Position numbers and translations under genes: made by a program
Notes under the pieces: model-generated
What the model was told of the DNA's origin: nothing
The model's input: only the letters and a program-made list of their open reading frames with translations
The model's database searches: none
Shown: in pieces, positions 37,269 to 50,240 of the stretch
How the letters are laid out: every line of letters begins with the position of its first letter
Position numbering within the stretch: the stretch's first letter is position 1
NCBI RefSeq assembly: GCF_009914755.1
Contig: NC_060934.1
DNA from: the human T2T-CHM13v2.0 reference genome, Homo sapiens
Length of the DNA stretch: 64,000 nt
Direction: 5' to 3' (one strand)

Positions 37269-40069
37269 GTACGTAGCGAGGCTTTCTCACTGACGTGTTT
37301 ACTTCTCAGAGTGAGCCAGTCAGAAGTGACATGGAACACGGAATTTTCGCATTGCACTGTTACTAGTCACAGCTGCCTGTTGTTACCTCCGATAATCTGT
37401 CTTCCTGGGAGTCCAGGCTTCTGTGGTTGGTCTGGGCTGTCACACGTAAGGGCAGTGAGAATCTAAGGCATTAGCACCAAGTAATCAGTAAGTTCCTGAA
37501 TCCTCATATCCAGGAGAAAGAACCTTCGCCAAAAGATGTAGGAAAATCATTCAGCTCCCTTGGCGTGCACCTGGGGTCTCCCGCACGCCCAGCTGGGAGA
37601 GGGTCAGGCTGACTGGTGGTAACCAAGACAGTGGCTGACAGTCCTGTGTGCCCGTGGTGTGAGTGTGGGGCAGGGGCACGGTCCTGTGTCAGATACAGCC
37701 TTGGTGGTTGTGCCAGGCTGCGAGCAGCAGGGTCCCGGCAGTTATGCCTGCGTCACACGGAGAGATTAGAATCAAAATGTGTGGAAGGCATTTGTCGTCT
37801 CACTGCCAGACACGGTGTTGATGAGAAATTGGTGTTTCCTTCTGGCGGCCATGCACTTTGCTGAGCTGTGTGCGCGGCTGTTGCTCTGTGCACGTGATCT
37901 TTGGGTAAACCTCACACGCGGCATTGTCGGCGTCTCCCTGGCTGTGTAGTTAACCTGTCGAGGCAGCGTTTGCTGCTTTGCCCTTCCTCATCTGCTGAAT
38001 CACAGTGGGGTGCAGGCACTGTGGCCAGAAGCAGCCCAGGCACTGAGACGGAAGAGCTGGCAGCTGGACGCAGGTTTGGGGGCGTCCAGGCTGTGATATA
38101 GGAGCTCTCGTCCGGACTTGTCTGCGCAGGCAGCCCCAAGAAGGATTGCTCTGCGGTCCTGTCTCCACGAGAGCTGTGCAGGCTGAGGCTGCTACGGAGC
38201 TGACTTCCAGCAAGGCCACAACTTTATTAACTTGCTTTATGGCCCGCACCTTGAGTGAGGGACTGTGGCCGCCCGTGAAGGATGGGGTGCTCCTGTCACC
38301 CTGTGGCTCGGCCTCCTCATCCGTCTTCCCAAGGCCAAGGACGCCGTGTCAGTGGGCCAGCCTCCCGTCCTCGGTCCTGCTTCCGGCACCGCCCGTTTGC
38401 CTCCCTCCGCTCCGGATGTCCAGCAGTTGGAAAGGACATGCAAGAAAGCTCCATGGTCTTCTCCACGCACAGTAGTTGCGTCCCTGGGTCATGACAGCCT
38501 CCCTGAAGGGGCCACCTGTGGTGCAGGCCCATCGGAAGGGCAGGGCGGGGGCTGTGGTGCAGGCCCGTCGGAAGGGCAGGGTGGGGGCTGTGGTTCCCCT
38601 GGAGAGCCTGCGAGCTGAACTCTGGCCTCTCTTGAACCCGGGCAAGGCTCTCATCTCAGAGTGACCAGAGACCGACTCAGGGCCCTTTGTGGGAAGCGTG
38701 GGTGCTGGGGTGGGGGGGGGGCTGGGCTGGGCAGGGCCAGGCGCTGCCACCTGATGGCATGAGGAGAGCAGCTGTGGGTGGCTGGGCTGGTCCAGGCAGA
38801 GGCTGTTGACCCGGCACCTCGTCTCAGGACCCATGTGGCTGCATTGCTGTCCAGGGCCGTGGCCGGACCAGGTGCTGCTGGGCTGTCCCCTCCCCACCAG
38901 GTGTCCACTTATTCACTGGGTCCTGTCCACTCCGGATGGGGTAGGAGAGCCCATAGGGAGCCCCATAGCTCTTGGGGGTGGGGGCCGAGGTGTGTCCTGA
39001 GAGGCCAGGGCCCGCAGGGTCAGCCAGGGTGGGAAGCTCGGGGGCAGCGGGCCCTCAGCAAGGAACAGACACTCTAGGGTCCTCCCAGGCAGCCACACAG
39101 GCTCCTGACCCCTCCGTCTCTCAGCCCCGCCCCGAAGCAGCCCTGCCACTCTGGCCAGCGGGACCTCCTTCTTGCACCCATGCCTCAGGCTTCTCTTTTG
39201 GACCCAGCAAGCGGGGAGCTGAGGCCCGGGGCCCAGACTGAAGTTGGGCAAGATCTGGGGGCCTCTGCTATGACTTTGCCACCCTTTGAAGGGTGGGTGC
39301 CCTGGCAGGGGTCTGAGTGTGGCCCCTGGCCTTGGTCCCTAATGCCAGTACTCTGAGGCCTCTGTGATGCTGGGGGCCTGCTGGCATGGGTCTGTGGAGG
39401 GCATAGCACGAGGGGCCGCCCCTCCCCCAGGAAGAGCAGCCTCAGGCCCGGTTTGTATAGAAACCCCAGCCCCCAGCCTGGGTCCAACCCCAGTGTTGTG
39501 CAGTGTTGTGTCCACAGGCAGAGGAGAAGGCACATTCTGGAAAGTAGACGATTCCTGGGAGGAAAAGGCACCGAGCCTCTTTGTGTGGACCCGTCTCTCC
39601 CCTGGGAAAGCAGCGTGTCGCTGTCTGCGGCCTGGTGGTCAGCTGCTCAGCAGATCCTTGTGGCTGCTGGTGGCTGGGACGGGGGGCCAGCCCCTGCCCT
39701 GGGCCGAGGCCTCCCTGTGGGTCAGGGCCAGCCCTGCCACGTCATCGTCTTAGAAATCCTCCCGGGACCCGTGTGTTTGATGATCTGCAAAGGTTTTCTG
39801 ACGTTTCCTCTTCCCTGGTAAATTAACAAAAGGAAACCCTTATTTTAAAAACTGTAAGCTTCTAACATTCTGTCCCTAGTGTGGGTTTTTAACCCCACAG
39901 AGCCTATGTGGCACCCTGTGTCCTTGCTGGAGGGAGGAAGGAGGAGGGAGGGGCCCGGGGAGCCATGGGAGTCCCGGCCTGGCAGCCTGGCCGGGCCCGC
40001 CCCTCCCTCTGTGCCTCTGCACCCGACCTCTCGCTGTGTTTGAACACATTTTGGAGGAAGGAACTAGTT

Positions 40070-40560
40070 TCAGACTGATTTCTCTTTCTTTTATTACCAT
40101 CACTTAAGGGTAATCTAAATGTAATTACCTTGATGGGGGTATAATGCAGTCTCAGATAATTACAGCCGCAGCAGAAACTAACAAAACTTTCTCTGCTGAT
40201 TTATGGATGCTTTTGGCTTGGTATGAATTTCAAATGATGCCTCTGGGAGCCACACTCCAGATAATGTGAGGCCATTTTTAAAACGCAGATTTGTGTAGTC
40301 GATCAGGGTGAGTCATTTTTTTCCTTTTGCCCGTAGTGAGAAATTGGTTGCTACCATAGATCACAGGGCCGGCTGCAAGCTCTCATGAAGGATGAATTAA
40401 TTCCACTAATGCTCTGAGCGGGCCTTCGGCGTGAGGGTTGTGTGGCAATAACCTCCCCGCAGCCTCTCTTTTCTCCGTGGCGATTTATGCCGTCTTTTAG
40501 TAGATGAAACCGGCTGGATTCGCTATCCATCTGCCTGCTGAAGGAACCCTATTAACAGGG
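40070..40560. promoter_or_regulatory. Candidate conserved enhancer island
   Basis: gggtaatctaaatgtaattaccttgatg, agataattacagcc, ctgatttatgga (PBX-HOX-like TGATTTAT), gaattaattccactaatg. Inferred from composition only. Confidence 0.5.
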
Positions 40561-42749
40561 GCCTGAGAGAGACTTCATATCATCAGGTGAAGGATGTACC
40601 CCCACCCCCACGGGATGTGGGTGTCATTTCTGAGGTGAAAACCTCTCTGGGAGTAGAGGAGCCAACACAGGCCAGGGGGCGGCCACCTCGGGAGAGCGGA
40701 GCCACGGCCGTCCCATCTGCAGGCTCCTGAGGGCTCCCCAAGTGAGGGCTTCGAAGGTGGCCGGTGACCAGAAAGTTCCCGCACACAGCCTGGGATGGAG
40801 GAGACCCCCAGCCCTGGCCATACACCCTCTGCCTCCATTTGCCGTGGCTGGAGCAACAAGTATGTACATCCAGAAGCTTCTGGGGTCTTCCTGAGTCCTG
40901 AGCATGTGAGCGTTGGCTGAGGCCCCAGGACGCCCGTCTCTGCCTCCCAGCACTTCCCGGCCCTGCTCTGGAGGACAGTGTTGGGTGTGGGGTGCATCCA
41001 CCTCAGGCTGGGGTGCTCAGGTGCGCCCGTGGGGGCGTGGCCTCTGGGAGGGGCCCCTGAACCTGCTGATGACTCTGGGGACCTCCTTCCTCTTGGGCCA
41101 CCCCACCCCACCCCAGCCCTGGCTGCCTGCTTGGGGCTTGGCCAGCAAGGGGAGTGGGGCGTCGGGAGGCGGGGACTTCAGTGCAGGAATTGGGGCGGTG
41201 GTTCCCGTTCTGGTTCTTTCTCCAAAGAGCTGGAGGTCTTCAGGCCCCAGTTTCCTCGCTGGGGAAATGAGGGTGGTACCTGTCCTGAGTGCTGGTGGGG
41301 CCACCGAAGGGTGCATGGGACGCCCTCTGTGAGGACTCTCCCTGCACCGCGCATCCCACCCTAAACCCAAGGATGCGACCGCACCTGCAGCCACGGGCCG
41401 TGGAAGTGTCAGGACACTGTGGGCTGTGGCTTCATTTGTTCCTGCTGTAAAATCCCTCGAAACATAGTCTTAGTGCAGTGGTAGCTGCTCTGACGAGCTT
41501 ACCTCAAAAGGAACTTATTTTCTACAAATACTTTAGAAAATAGTTGGTTATGATAATATACTGTTAAATTTTCTGAGATTCATTTGCAATTTATTTAAAA
41601 ATCTTAGAATCCTAAAACTACAGTTATTACCAATTTATATTATTCAAAAATAACATTGTTTCTCGTTTTATTTATTCAGTCTATGGATAATTAATGTTGG
41701 AAAAAATTCTCCATTACTGTGGAAAACTTAAAAATTTAAAAAACCAAGATGTACCCACATGCACATAGATTCAAGACACACAAACACACACCTTAACACA
41801 AATAATCGAAAACTCAGGAGAAGAATAATTAATTTTGGTTCAAAAATTTACAAATGCCTTCCATTTTTAATGGAAGTAAAACTGTTGACGGTTATCGCAA
41901 ATTCTAGGTAAAAACCTGGGCATGCTCAGTTTGGGGTCTCTGCTGTACCTGTCAGAATTCAGAGGCGTGCGTGCAGGGAGGTGCTGTGTCCCTGTGTCCC
42001 GGGCCCTACTGCCTGCCTGGAAGCAGGAGAGGCAGTGCCCGGGCACAGCTCTGACGCACATGGGAAGCGCTTGCCTCCACATGCCACGGAGCACCTCTGC
42101 TCTCTCGTTCCACAGTGTGCTCTGGGGCTCTGGCCCCATCCAGCAGGACTGAGACCCATGGGCTGTCCTAGCAGAGGATGTGGACAGCGCCTGCACCCAG
42201 GAAGTGGGCTGTGGGATGCTTGGGGTGGGCCGGGGCACTTGTTTACACAGGGGTGACTGTGGGCTTGGGGGAGTGGCAGGGGCACTACCGCGAGTCTGGA
42301 CGTGGGAGCTGGCAGAGGGCGTCCTGCCGGTGCTGGTTAGGAGCGGCCTCCAGGCTCCCTGCCGAGCCCACACACCGGGGTTGGGACTCCCCTCCCTCCC
42401 GTTGGGTGCCCCCCACCCTTCGGACTCACCGTTTCTCCCAGAGGAGCTGGTCCTGACTGTCTCACAAGGCCAGCTTCCCCTGCGGTCACCCCTGTGACTT
42501 GGTGCAGGCAAGACACCTGTCCCGGTCGCTTGGTGATTGCATCAGCGAGGACAGATCCGGGCTCTTGTGATTGTCATCAGCTGGCGAGGACATGGATCTG
42601 GGCTCTTGCGGTCGTTGTCATACGTGCCTCCTGCACAACCCTGTGCCCGCGGTGCCTGTCTTCCCATCCATGTTGACCGCAGGTTTCTCACCCGCCAGCC
42701 GCAGGCCCCTGATGGAGTTGGTTTCTGGGGAACTGGCCCTCGGCCATCT

Positions 42750-43410
42750 TCACACACAAGCGGCTTCACCCCCCCACATACACACAGCTTCACCCCCACA
42801 CACATGCTTCACCCACAGACACACGTGGCTTCACCCCCCACACAGTGTCTTCACCCACACACACACACACACACTCACATTTACCCATACACACACGTGG
42901 CTTCACCCACACACACACGTGGCTTCACCCCTGCACACACATGGCTTCACACACACACGCACAGCTTCTGCCCCCCAACACACGCGCACCTTCATCCCCG
43001 CACACCCCCACACACACACACGTGCAGCTTCACCCCCGCAGACACATGCGGCTTCACCCCCCCCACACACTCACGGCTTCACCTGCACACACATACACGT
43101 ACGGCTTCACCCCCCCCACACACACACACAGCTTCACCCCCACACACACGCTTGGCTTCACTCCCACACACACACGTGGCTTCACCCCCCCCCACACACA
43201 CAAGCTTCACCCACACACACACGCACGGCTTCACCCCCCACACACACACGTGGCTTCACCCCCACACACACACGCAAGCTTCACCCCCACACACACGCGG
43301 CTTCACACACACATGCCACACACACGCAAGCTTCACCCACACACACACGCACGGCTTCACCCCCCCACACACGCGTGGCTTCACCCCCACACACACGCAG
43401 CTTCACCCGC
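42750..43410. repeat. CA-rich minisatellite, variable ~20-27-bp unit (gcttcacccc(c)acacacacacgtg), >25 copies
   Basis: Recurrent gcttcaccc anchor separated by (CA)n tracts. Confidence 0.92.
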
Positions 43411-44080
43411 ATGGGTTCTGAAGGCTTGGCCTGATCTCTGCTGCAGCATCTGGTTCCCAAAGCATGTCAGGCCCCCCAGTCCCCCCAGACAGGAGGTGTC
43501 GAGGCACGGAAGATGAGCTGCTGGTGCTCTAGGGGAGTCGTGTATTGAGGCGCCTTGGCCTGCAGGGACGGTACCTTTTCTCCTGGAAAGACGCCTGCCT
43601 CCCACTGTCACTAGTAGAGGGGCCTCACCCAGTTACTGTAGATTTGTCACCAGTCACACGTCCAGCCTTCTCCCATGGCAGCCCCCATGGGTGAGAACCC
43701 AGCCTTGGGCCCAGTGACTGTGGCCTAAAGCCACCAAGGGACCATAGGTGCAGTTCTTAACCTGTGAGCCTCAGTTTCCCTTTCTGGTCGGCCCGAGGGT
43801 TGGGTGTGTGCCTGTGTGTTGGACGCCAGCCCGCGGCGGCTGCTGGTGCGCAGAGCCACCCCTCGCAGCCCGCCGGCAACATGGGCTCTGTCCTCCCCTC
43901 CTTGTACCCGAGGCCCCACAGCTGGGACTTGAACCTGGCAGCCTGGCAGTCCTGTCTTACCCACTGCCTTGAGGCCCTGGGTGCTGCTGGTGTGGATCCT
44001 GTGCGTGGCTGGGCCGTGGGGGGGCAGTGGCTGTTCCAGGTGGGCCGTCTCCCCGGAAAGTGCAGGCTGGATTTGGACGT

Positions 44081-44399
44081 GTGGGAGATGGAGGAAGGGC
44101 GTCTAGTCAGGCAGCAGGCAGCTCCTCTGGAGTGTGGAGGATGGAGGAAGGGCGTCTGGACAGGCGGCAGGCAGCTCCTCTGGAGTGTGGAGGATGGAGG
44201 AAGGGCGTCTGGACAGGCGGCAGGCAGCTCCTCTGGAGTGTGGAGGATGGAGGAAGGGCGTCTGGACAGGCGGCAGGCAGCTCCTCTGGAGTGTGGAGGA
44301 TGGAGGAAGGGCGTCTGGACAGGCGGCAGGCAGCTCCTCTGGAGTGTGGAGGATGGAGGAAGGGCGTCTGGACAGGTGGCAGGCGGCTCGTCTGGAGTG
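44081..44399. repeat. 53-bp minisatellite, ~6 copies (ggaggatggaggaagggcgtctggacaggcggcaggcagctcctctggagtgt)
   Basis: Units at 44136, 44189, 44242, 44295 and 44348, plus a degenerate first unit. Confidence 0.96.
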
Positions 44400-45239
44400 C
44401 AGGCTGAGTGGAGGGGAGAGAGTCCAAGCATTGGGGGTGTCCCAGCTGCACCGTTGGTGGGAGCATGGAGCCCGCTGTGGGGCATCAGCAGCACCCACTT
44501 CTCCCCACAGCTCAGCTTCCCACTGATGTGTTTCCATTGCAGACACAGTTACCGACAGGAAATGAACACAGAGGCTCCCCGGGGCAAATGGCCTCCCCGA
44601 GAGAGGAGGCGGACATGTTTGGAATCAGAGACAAGTGTCTGGTGCAGCACGCAGGGAGCCTGCCACCCCGCCACCCCGCCATAGAGCTCCCTGGGTCGTC
44701 TGGGCATGGCCCCATGCAGCAGCCAGACCAGTAGCCTGGGGATGCCTTGGCCAGCCTCCTGGAGCTTTGGCACAGCCCATGTTGTTTGGCAAGCAGGGCA
44801 GCCTGAGCACAGCAGGGGATGTGGGCTCAGTACCAGAGCCAGCTCGTGGTGTGAGGACGGATCCTCCTCGACGAGTAGAGCCATAGCCTGGCGTCCAAGT
44901 GCGTGGCCAGGCCGGGAGGAGTGTACAGGAAGTCTCTGTACCTTATGCTCAATTCTTCTGGAAGCCTAAAGCTGCTCTGAAAAATAAAGCCTATTACTTC
45001 TTTAAAAGTCTGCTTACCTGGGGCCCGGGACTTTACAGGTGAGGGAAGAAGGACCAGCCCTGGAAGGAGGAAGCTTGGAGCCACCTGTGGACCCTGAGGG
45101 TGCGTCTGTGGGTGCCTCAGTATCACTGGGGAGCAGAGAGCCCAGACCTTTTACAATGCTGGGTGGGGTGGCCATGGAACTGCACAGGTGAGGAGGGGGC
45201 GCCTCTCACTCCCCAGGAGACTGCAAACCAAGAACGTCT

Positions 45240-45850
45240 ATGAGACGAGCAGACACCAGAATACAGACTCACCCCAAATAAAGTTGATTTCTTGGGAAAA
45301 GCTGACAGACTTTAAGTATGTTTAAATTGCTCAAAGAGATAAGTGAAAGATAGGGTTCATTAAAAATGTTATTCAACTAAAACAGAAATAAAACAAGAAA
45401 AGGGAATATGAAGAGGAGCCTGTAGAAACATTAAACATTCTGCATTAGAAATTACAGAACAGATTCTAGACTAGATGTGGTCAAAGAGAGAATCAGAGAA
45501 TTAGACAATGTCATTAAGGAGTTCATCTAAACATAGTCAAGACGGACAAAGATTTGTGTTTGTTTGGTTGTTTGTATGTTTTTTATTTTTATAGAAAGGA
45601 GCAGTTAAAAGACATAAAGACTATTAAGAGGCTCAAATAAACTCAAAATAAATTCCAGAAAGAAGCAGTGGAGCAGTGTTGGAAGTGATAAGGGGAAATT
45701 CTTAAAAATTTAATTCCCGAGCACAATTTGGATACAGAGCAGGATATATAAAAATAAACCCATACCTGGATGGCAGTGAAGCTTCAGAATATTGATGACA
45801 AAGAGAAAAACTTTAAAACAGCCAGAGAGAGGAAAACATACATTCAGAGG
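45240..45850 (+). mobile_element. Ancient L1M ORF1 fragment
   Basis: cagacagactttaagtatgtttaaattgctcaaagagataag; gagagaatcagagaattagac; aaataaacccatacctgga...aaagagaaaaactttaaaacagccagagag. Confidence 0.7.
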
Positions 45851-46809
45851 ATTCACAGTTCGTGTGCCGGGGTGCTTCTTACAGCAGTGGTGGATCCAGA
45901 GTGCAGGGGAAGAATGCAGTGTGTACGGGAAGGGTTGGCTGGCTTCAGCATCACCCCCACCAGTGTGTGGGGCTTGGAATTTCCCTTCTTGAGCATGAGT
46001 GGGAGCACTTAGGGAGGGGGCAGGGAGCACTTGTGGTGGGGGCAGGCAAAGAAGGGCCTCATGCCTGGGAATCCACAGCCCTAGAGCCTTGCCCAGGAGG
46101 GAGCTGTGGGGGCCACTGTCCTGGAGGGAGACAGGGAGAAGGAGACGGGGCTGCAGGGGCCACTGTGCTGGATGGGGACCAGGAGAAGGAGACAGGGCTG
46201 CAGGAGCCACTGTGCTGCCAGGTGCCGCCAACAGGCCAGGCGAGATGAAGGGCGAGTGTCTGTAGGAGTTTGCCTGTGGAGGCTGTGGTGACCTTGCAGA
46301 GAGCATTTGGGCAGCTGTTGTCTGGCACGTGCGCATACTGGAGGAGCCAAAGGGGACGGTGGCCAGTGGCAAGGTGGGGTCAAAGGGAGAGCCTCTGATC
46401 ACTGCGCTCTCCGTGTTAGATAGAGGGAGCACGCCACGCTGGACCCTTTCTTCACGGGTGTTTCGTCCACAGTTAACTCCAGATTCCCATCTGCTTTCAT
46501 CTCCTCAGCAGACCTTAGGGTGTGGTGGAGGAGACAGGGTCTTCCCTGTCCTGCTTTCCTTCTCTGCCAGCCCATGAGCACCAAGAACAGCAGCCCCTGT
46601 CCACCTCCGCCCCCGATGGCGCCAGGCATATGGCTGCTGCTGGGAACGGAATGGGCGGTGCCCTGCCCTGTTGGCTGCCGTTCCCCCGCCACTGCCTGAA
46701 GCGCTTTGCTTTGTGGACCTTGGACTTGACTCTGTCAGCCTCTTCCCAGTGCCTTCTGTGGTTTTCAAGGGTTTCCCAAGAGGCCTAGGCTGTGAAGCTA
46801 CCCTGTTCT

Positions 46810-46950
46810 GCATGGCTGTTTAAATTAAAATTAATGAAGATAAAATGGAATCTAAAATTCAGTTCTTCAGTCATACACTTTGCACGCTCGGTGGCCCCGG
46901 TGGCTGGCCACTGCTGTACTGGGTGGCCCAGCAGAGGAACCTACCATGGT
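46810..46950. mobile_element. MER3/MER33-like hAT fragment
   Basis: catggctgtttaaattaaaattaatgaagataaaat...aaaattcagttcttcagtc...gtggctggccactgctgtactgg. Confidence 0.6.
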
Positions 46951-47114
46951 GGGAGGTGGGAGGGCAGGAGGGCCTCCATGCCATCTCGAGGGGAGCCCTG
47001 CCACCTCTTAAAGAACACCCCTCTTTGGAATCTCATGCTGTTGACTGTTTCACTTGAATTTTGGGGGTACTTTTAGACCAGAGCTCAGGCTCTACGTTCG
47101 GTGGCTCTGCTAGG

Positions 47115-47215
47115 TGGTGGGGATCAGTGAGAGGCATCGGTGGGTGAGAGGCATCGGTGGGTGAACGGCATCGGTGGGTGAGAGGCATCGGTGGGTGGTG
47201 GGGATCAGTGAGAGA
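47115..47215. repeat. 17-bp tandem repeat (gagaggcatcggtgggt) x4, bracketed by ggtggtggggatcagtgaga
   Basis: Read directly from the sequence. Confidence 0.85.
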
Positions 47216-47662
47216 CCACACACACTGTTGGGGTGGGCAGGTCACCCACTGTCCAGGACGCCTGGCTGGGCACGGCTGCTCAAGTCTTCCCTGTGGTCCA
47301 GCCGAGGGCGGCCGTGTGTCTCGAGCTCCCTGATCAGCATCTGTGGTGACAGTGGTTTCCCTGCAGCTGCTCTCACATGGGGGCATGGGGCTCACAGGCG
47401 GCAGGCTGGCACGTTTCTTCATATCTTCCCCCCACCCCACCCCAGGCTGGGCATCAGCAGCCCCTGCAGGCATCTCTGTGCGAAGCCCCACTTGAGGATA
47501 GGTGCACAGCTCGGTTCTCTTTAGTGGGGCGGCATCAGTGCCGGAAGAGCCCTGCTGTTTTTTGTTTGGAAAGCATCTCCTGTGTCCTTTAGGTGTGTGG
47601 GACCCACGTGTTGCTCTTGCTCACTTACTCTGGCTCATTTGTGTGACGTGTTTATTTTTCAG

Positions 47663-47715
47663 TGCAAATGGTCAAGAAAAGGCTTCATCCGGACGAGGTG
47701 GTGCATTGCAGACTG
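47663..47715 (+). CDS. INPP5A: INPP5A internal coding exon (probably exon 7), 53 bp, CKWSRKGFIRTRWCIAD+(C)
   Basis: Acceptor tttatttttcag|TGC and donor TG|gtacgt. Contains the 5-phosphatase KG motif (SRKG). The phase-2 end matches the next exon (TG+T = Cys). Confidence 0.95.
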
Positions 47716-48344
47716 GTACGTGGTGTCTGTGCTTTGTCAATTTCCATAACGTTTCTTACCCTTTTATATCTTGCACCAGCGGCATGTTCCACACACCTCA
47801 TTGGAGGCTCTACTGATTTTGCATGAGGACCCCCAGCTGCCTGACCCCCACCTGCCACTCTGACCCTTTTGGTTCACGGCGATGCATTCGGAGCATTGTC
47901 ACTGTTCCCTGTAAGTCAGACATCTGGGTGCCCAGTGCCAATGGAGACACAGTGACGGCCCCAGTCCCTCCCCGCAGCTGGAGAGTTCCGCTGGCCAGAG
48001 CCCGCTGCACAGAGAAGTCAGCAGGGAGGCCCCCTAGTACTGGGGCCCTGTGGCTGCCCAGTGAGACGGCGTAAGCGCTGCCTGGCAGCCTGGTCCATCA
48101 GCAGACTGAGCACAGACGTAGCGGAGCCTGCGTCTCATCCACATATCCTCTGGCCTGGCCTTTCTGCAGTGAACATGTTCTCGATAGCGCCGCCCCACCT
48201 TTTCTGCATCATAAGAAACAGAAACCTGTTATCTGCTTTCCTAAGGTGGCTTCCAGGTGGCTCCCCAACGTGTCCCTCCAGCCATCACATCTCATTTGAA
48301 TACTGTTTTCATTTTCTTTTCATGGATTTTCCAAAACTTGGCTG

Positions 48345-48600
48345 CTTGATTATCTGCTGCCATGTAACAGACCGCCCTAAACTTAGCAGCTTTAAAAACA
48401 CATACGAGGTCATAGCTGTGAGTGTCTCAGGACCCAGGAGTGGCTTTTCTGGGGCTCTGGCCCTGGTCACCTTGGGGCTTCCAGAGGACTCATCTCCGAG
48501 CTCACTGGGGCTGTGGGCAGGGGTTTCTGCCCCTCCCCCTCGGGCCTCTCCCTGGGGCTGCTCAGGGCAGGACATCCCCAGGAGGAGCAAGAGTCCAGAA
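48345..48600 (-). mobile_element. Degenerate MLT1-type LTR fragment
   Basis: ttatctgctgccatgtaacagaccgccctaaacttagcagctttaaaaac resembles a reverse MLT1 terminus. Confidence 0.45.
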
Positions 48601-48601
48601 A

Positions 48602-48810
48602 GTGAGGGGGATGGAGGGAGGGAGGGGGGAGGAGGGGGAGGAGGAGGGGATGGGGGAAGGAGGGGGAGGGGGAAAAGAAGGAGGTGGGGGAAGAGTGAGA
48701 GAGAAGGGTAGGAGAGGAGAATGGGGAGGGGGAAGAGAGGAGGAGGGAGGAAGGAGGGGGAGAGAAAGAGGAAGAAGAGGGAGGGGGAGGACAGAGGGAG
48801 CTGAGAAGGA
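48602..48810. repeat. Polypurine (GA/GGA) tract
   Basis: ~200 bp almost free of pyrimidines; G4/H-DNA-prone. Confidence 0.9.
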
Positions 48811-49686
48811 GCCGCGGTCCCGTGCCCACCCCAGGCAGTGCAGGCTGCAGGCTGCCCTTTGCTGTTGGTCACAGGGAACAGCCTTGGCATGGTGTGGGGG
48901 CACATGGGGCACGTTCACCAGGCAGCGTCATCGGGGTCATTGTGGCAGCTGGGCCACAGGCTGGAGGAGGGCAAGACCGCCTGCACGCACTCATTCCTGG
49001 CGCCTCCTGGTAGGGAGACGGCCAGGTCTTGGAGCCTGTGGAGGACACGCAGGCAGTGAGGGCTTTGTGGGACAGTGTCCAGACTGTGCCAAGCCCTGCA
49101 CTGACCTCCCCTGGTGAGAGGGCACGTCCTTGCCAGCTGAAGGTGCTGAGGGTCCCCTGCAGTGTGACAGAGGCTCAGGCCTTGATCAGGCCTTGCCGAG
49201 TCCATGTGCCTGCAGGCCCACAGCCGGCCCACGGGGCTTCCCAAGGGTCTTCCCTTTGGGAGTGAAATGAAGCACTCTTCTTGCCTGTCCCTGTGCCCCC
49301 AACCCTGCCTTACAGGGTCCCCGATGGGTGCAGCCGGCAGCCCTGAGCAGCATCAGCTGAGGCTGAGGGGTGGCCCTTCCTCTTAGCTTAGCCATCAGGG
49401 AGAGTTTCCATAGTCACCTGTAAGTTTTTCTCTTTAAAGAAAAGTAGCTCACTTTTTAGTTGCCCAGAGTAACTGCATTTGTAAAGACATATTCAGACTT
49501 CACTGGAGGTTTCCTGACCTCTGGCCTTGTCGGAAGACAGGTGGGTGGACAGGTGCCCCGCCTCGGGTGGCTCCGCACGGCGGAGGCCAGTGCAGGTCTT
49601 ATCTTCCCGGGGACTCCTTGGGAGAACGAAGTGTGACCCGGAGGCTCCGGCCCTTGGTGACGTGTCCTTTTCTCTTTTGGTTGCAG

Positions 49687-49806
49687 TGCCTTTGACTTGG
49701 TGAATATCCATCTTTTCCATGATGCTTCCAATCTGGTCGCCTGGGAAACAAGCCCTTCCGTGTACTCGGGAATCCGGCACAAGGCACTGGGCTACGTGCT
49801 GGACAG
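49687..49806 (+). CDS. INPP5A: INPP5A internal coding exon (probably exon 8), 120 bp, (C)AFDLVNIHLFHDASNLVAWETSPSVYSGIRHKALGYVLD+(R)
   Basis: Acceptor ttttctcttttggttgcag|T and donor CAG|gtaggt. Contains the conserved VNIHL (NxHL) motif of inositol 5-phosphatases. Confidence 0.96.
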
Positions 49807-50240
49807 GTAGGTGTGGGCGGGCAGGTAGGCGTGGGCCGGGCAAGTAGGTGTGCTGGGCAGGCAGGTGTGAGTGGAGAGGTAGGTGTGGGCGGACAAGTAG
49901 GTATGCTGGGCAGGTCGGTGTGGGTGGACAGGTAGGTGGGGTGGACAGGTCAGTGTGGATGGAGAGGTAGGTATGGATGGCAGGTAGGTGTGCTGGGCAG
50001 GTAGGTGTGAGTGGACAGGTCGGTGTGGATGGAGAGGTAGGTGTGGATGGCAGGTAGGTGTGCTGGGCAGGTAGGTGTGAGTGGAGAGGTAGGTGTGCTG
50101 GGCAGGTAGGTGTGAGTGGAGAGGTAGGTGTGCTGGGCAGGTATAGGTATGGGTGGAGAGGTAGGTGTGCTGGGCAGGTATAGGTATGGGTGGAGAGGTA
50201 GGTGTGGGCGGGCGGGTAGGTGGGTGGGCAGGTCGGTGTG
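49801..50240 (+). repeat. ~17-18-bp minisatellite built from the exon donor site (ggrcaggtaggtgtg..), ~25 units
   Basis: The first unit overlaps the authentic CAG|GTAGGT donor. Six further exact CAGGTAGGT copies at 49929, 49981, 49998, 50051, 50068 and 50103, plus ~7 GAGGTAGGT. Confidence 0.93.
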
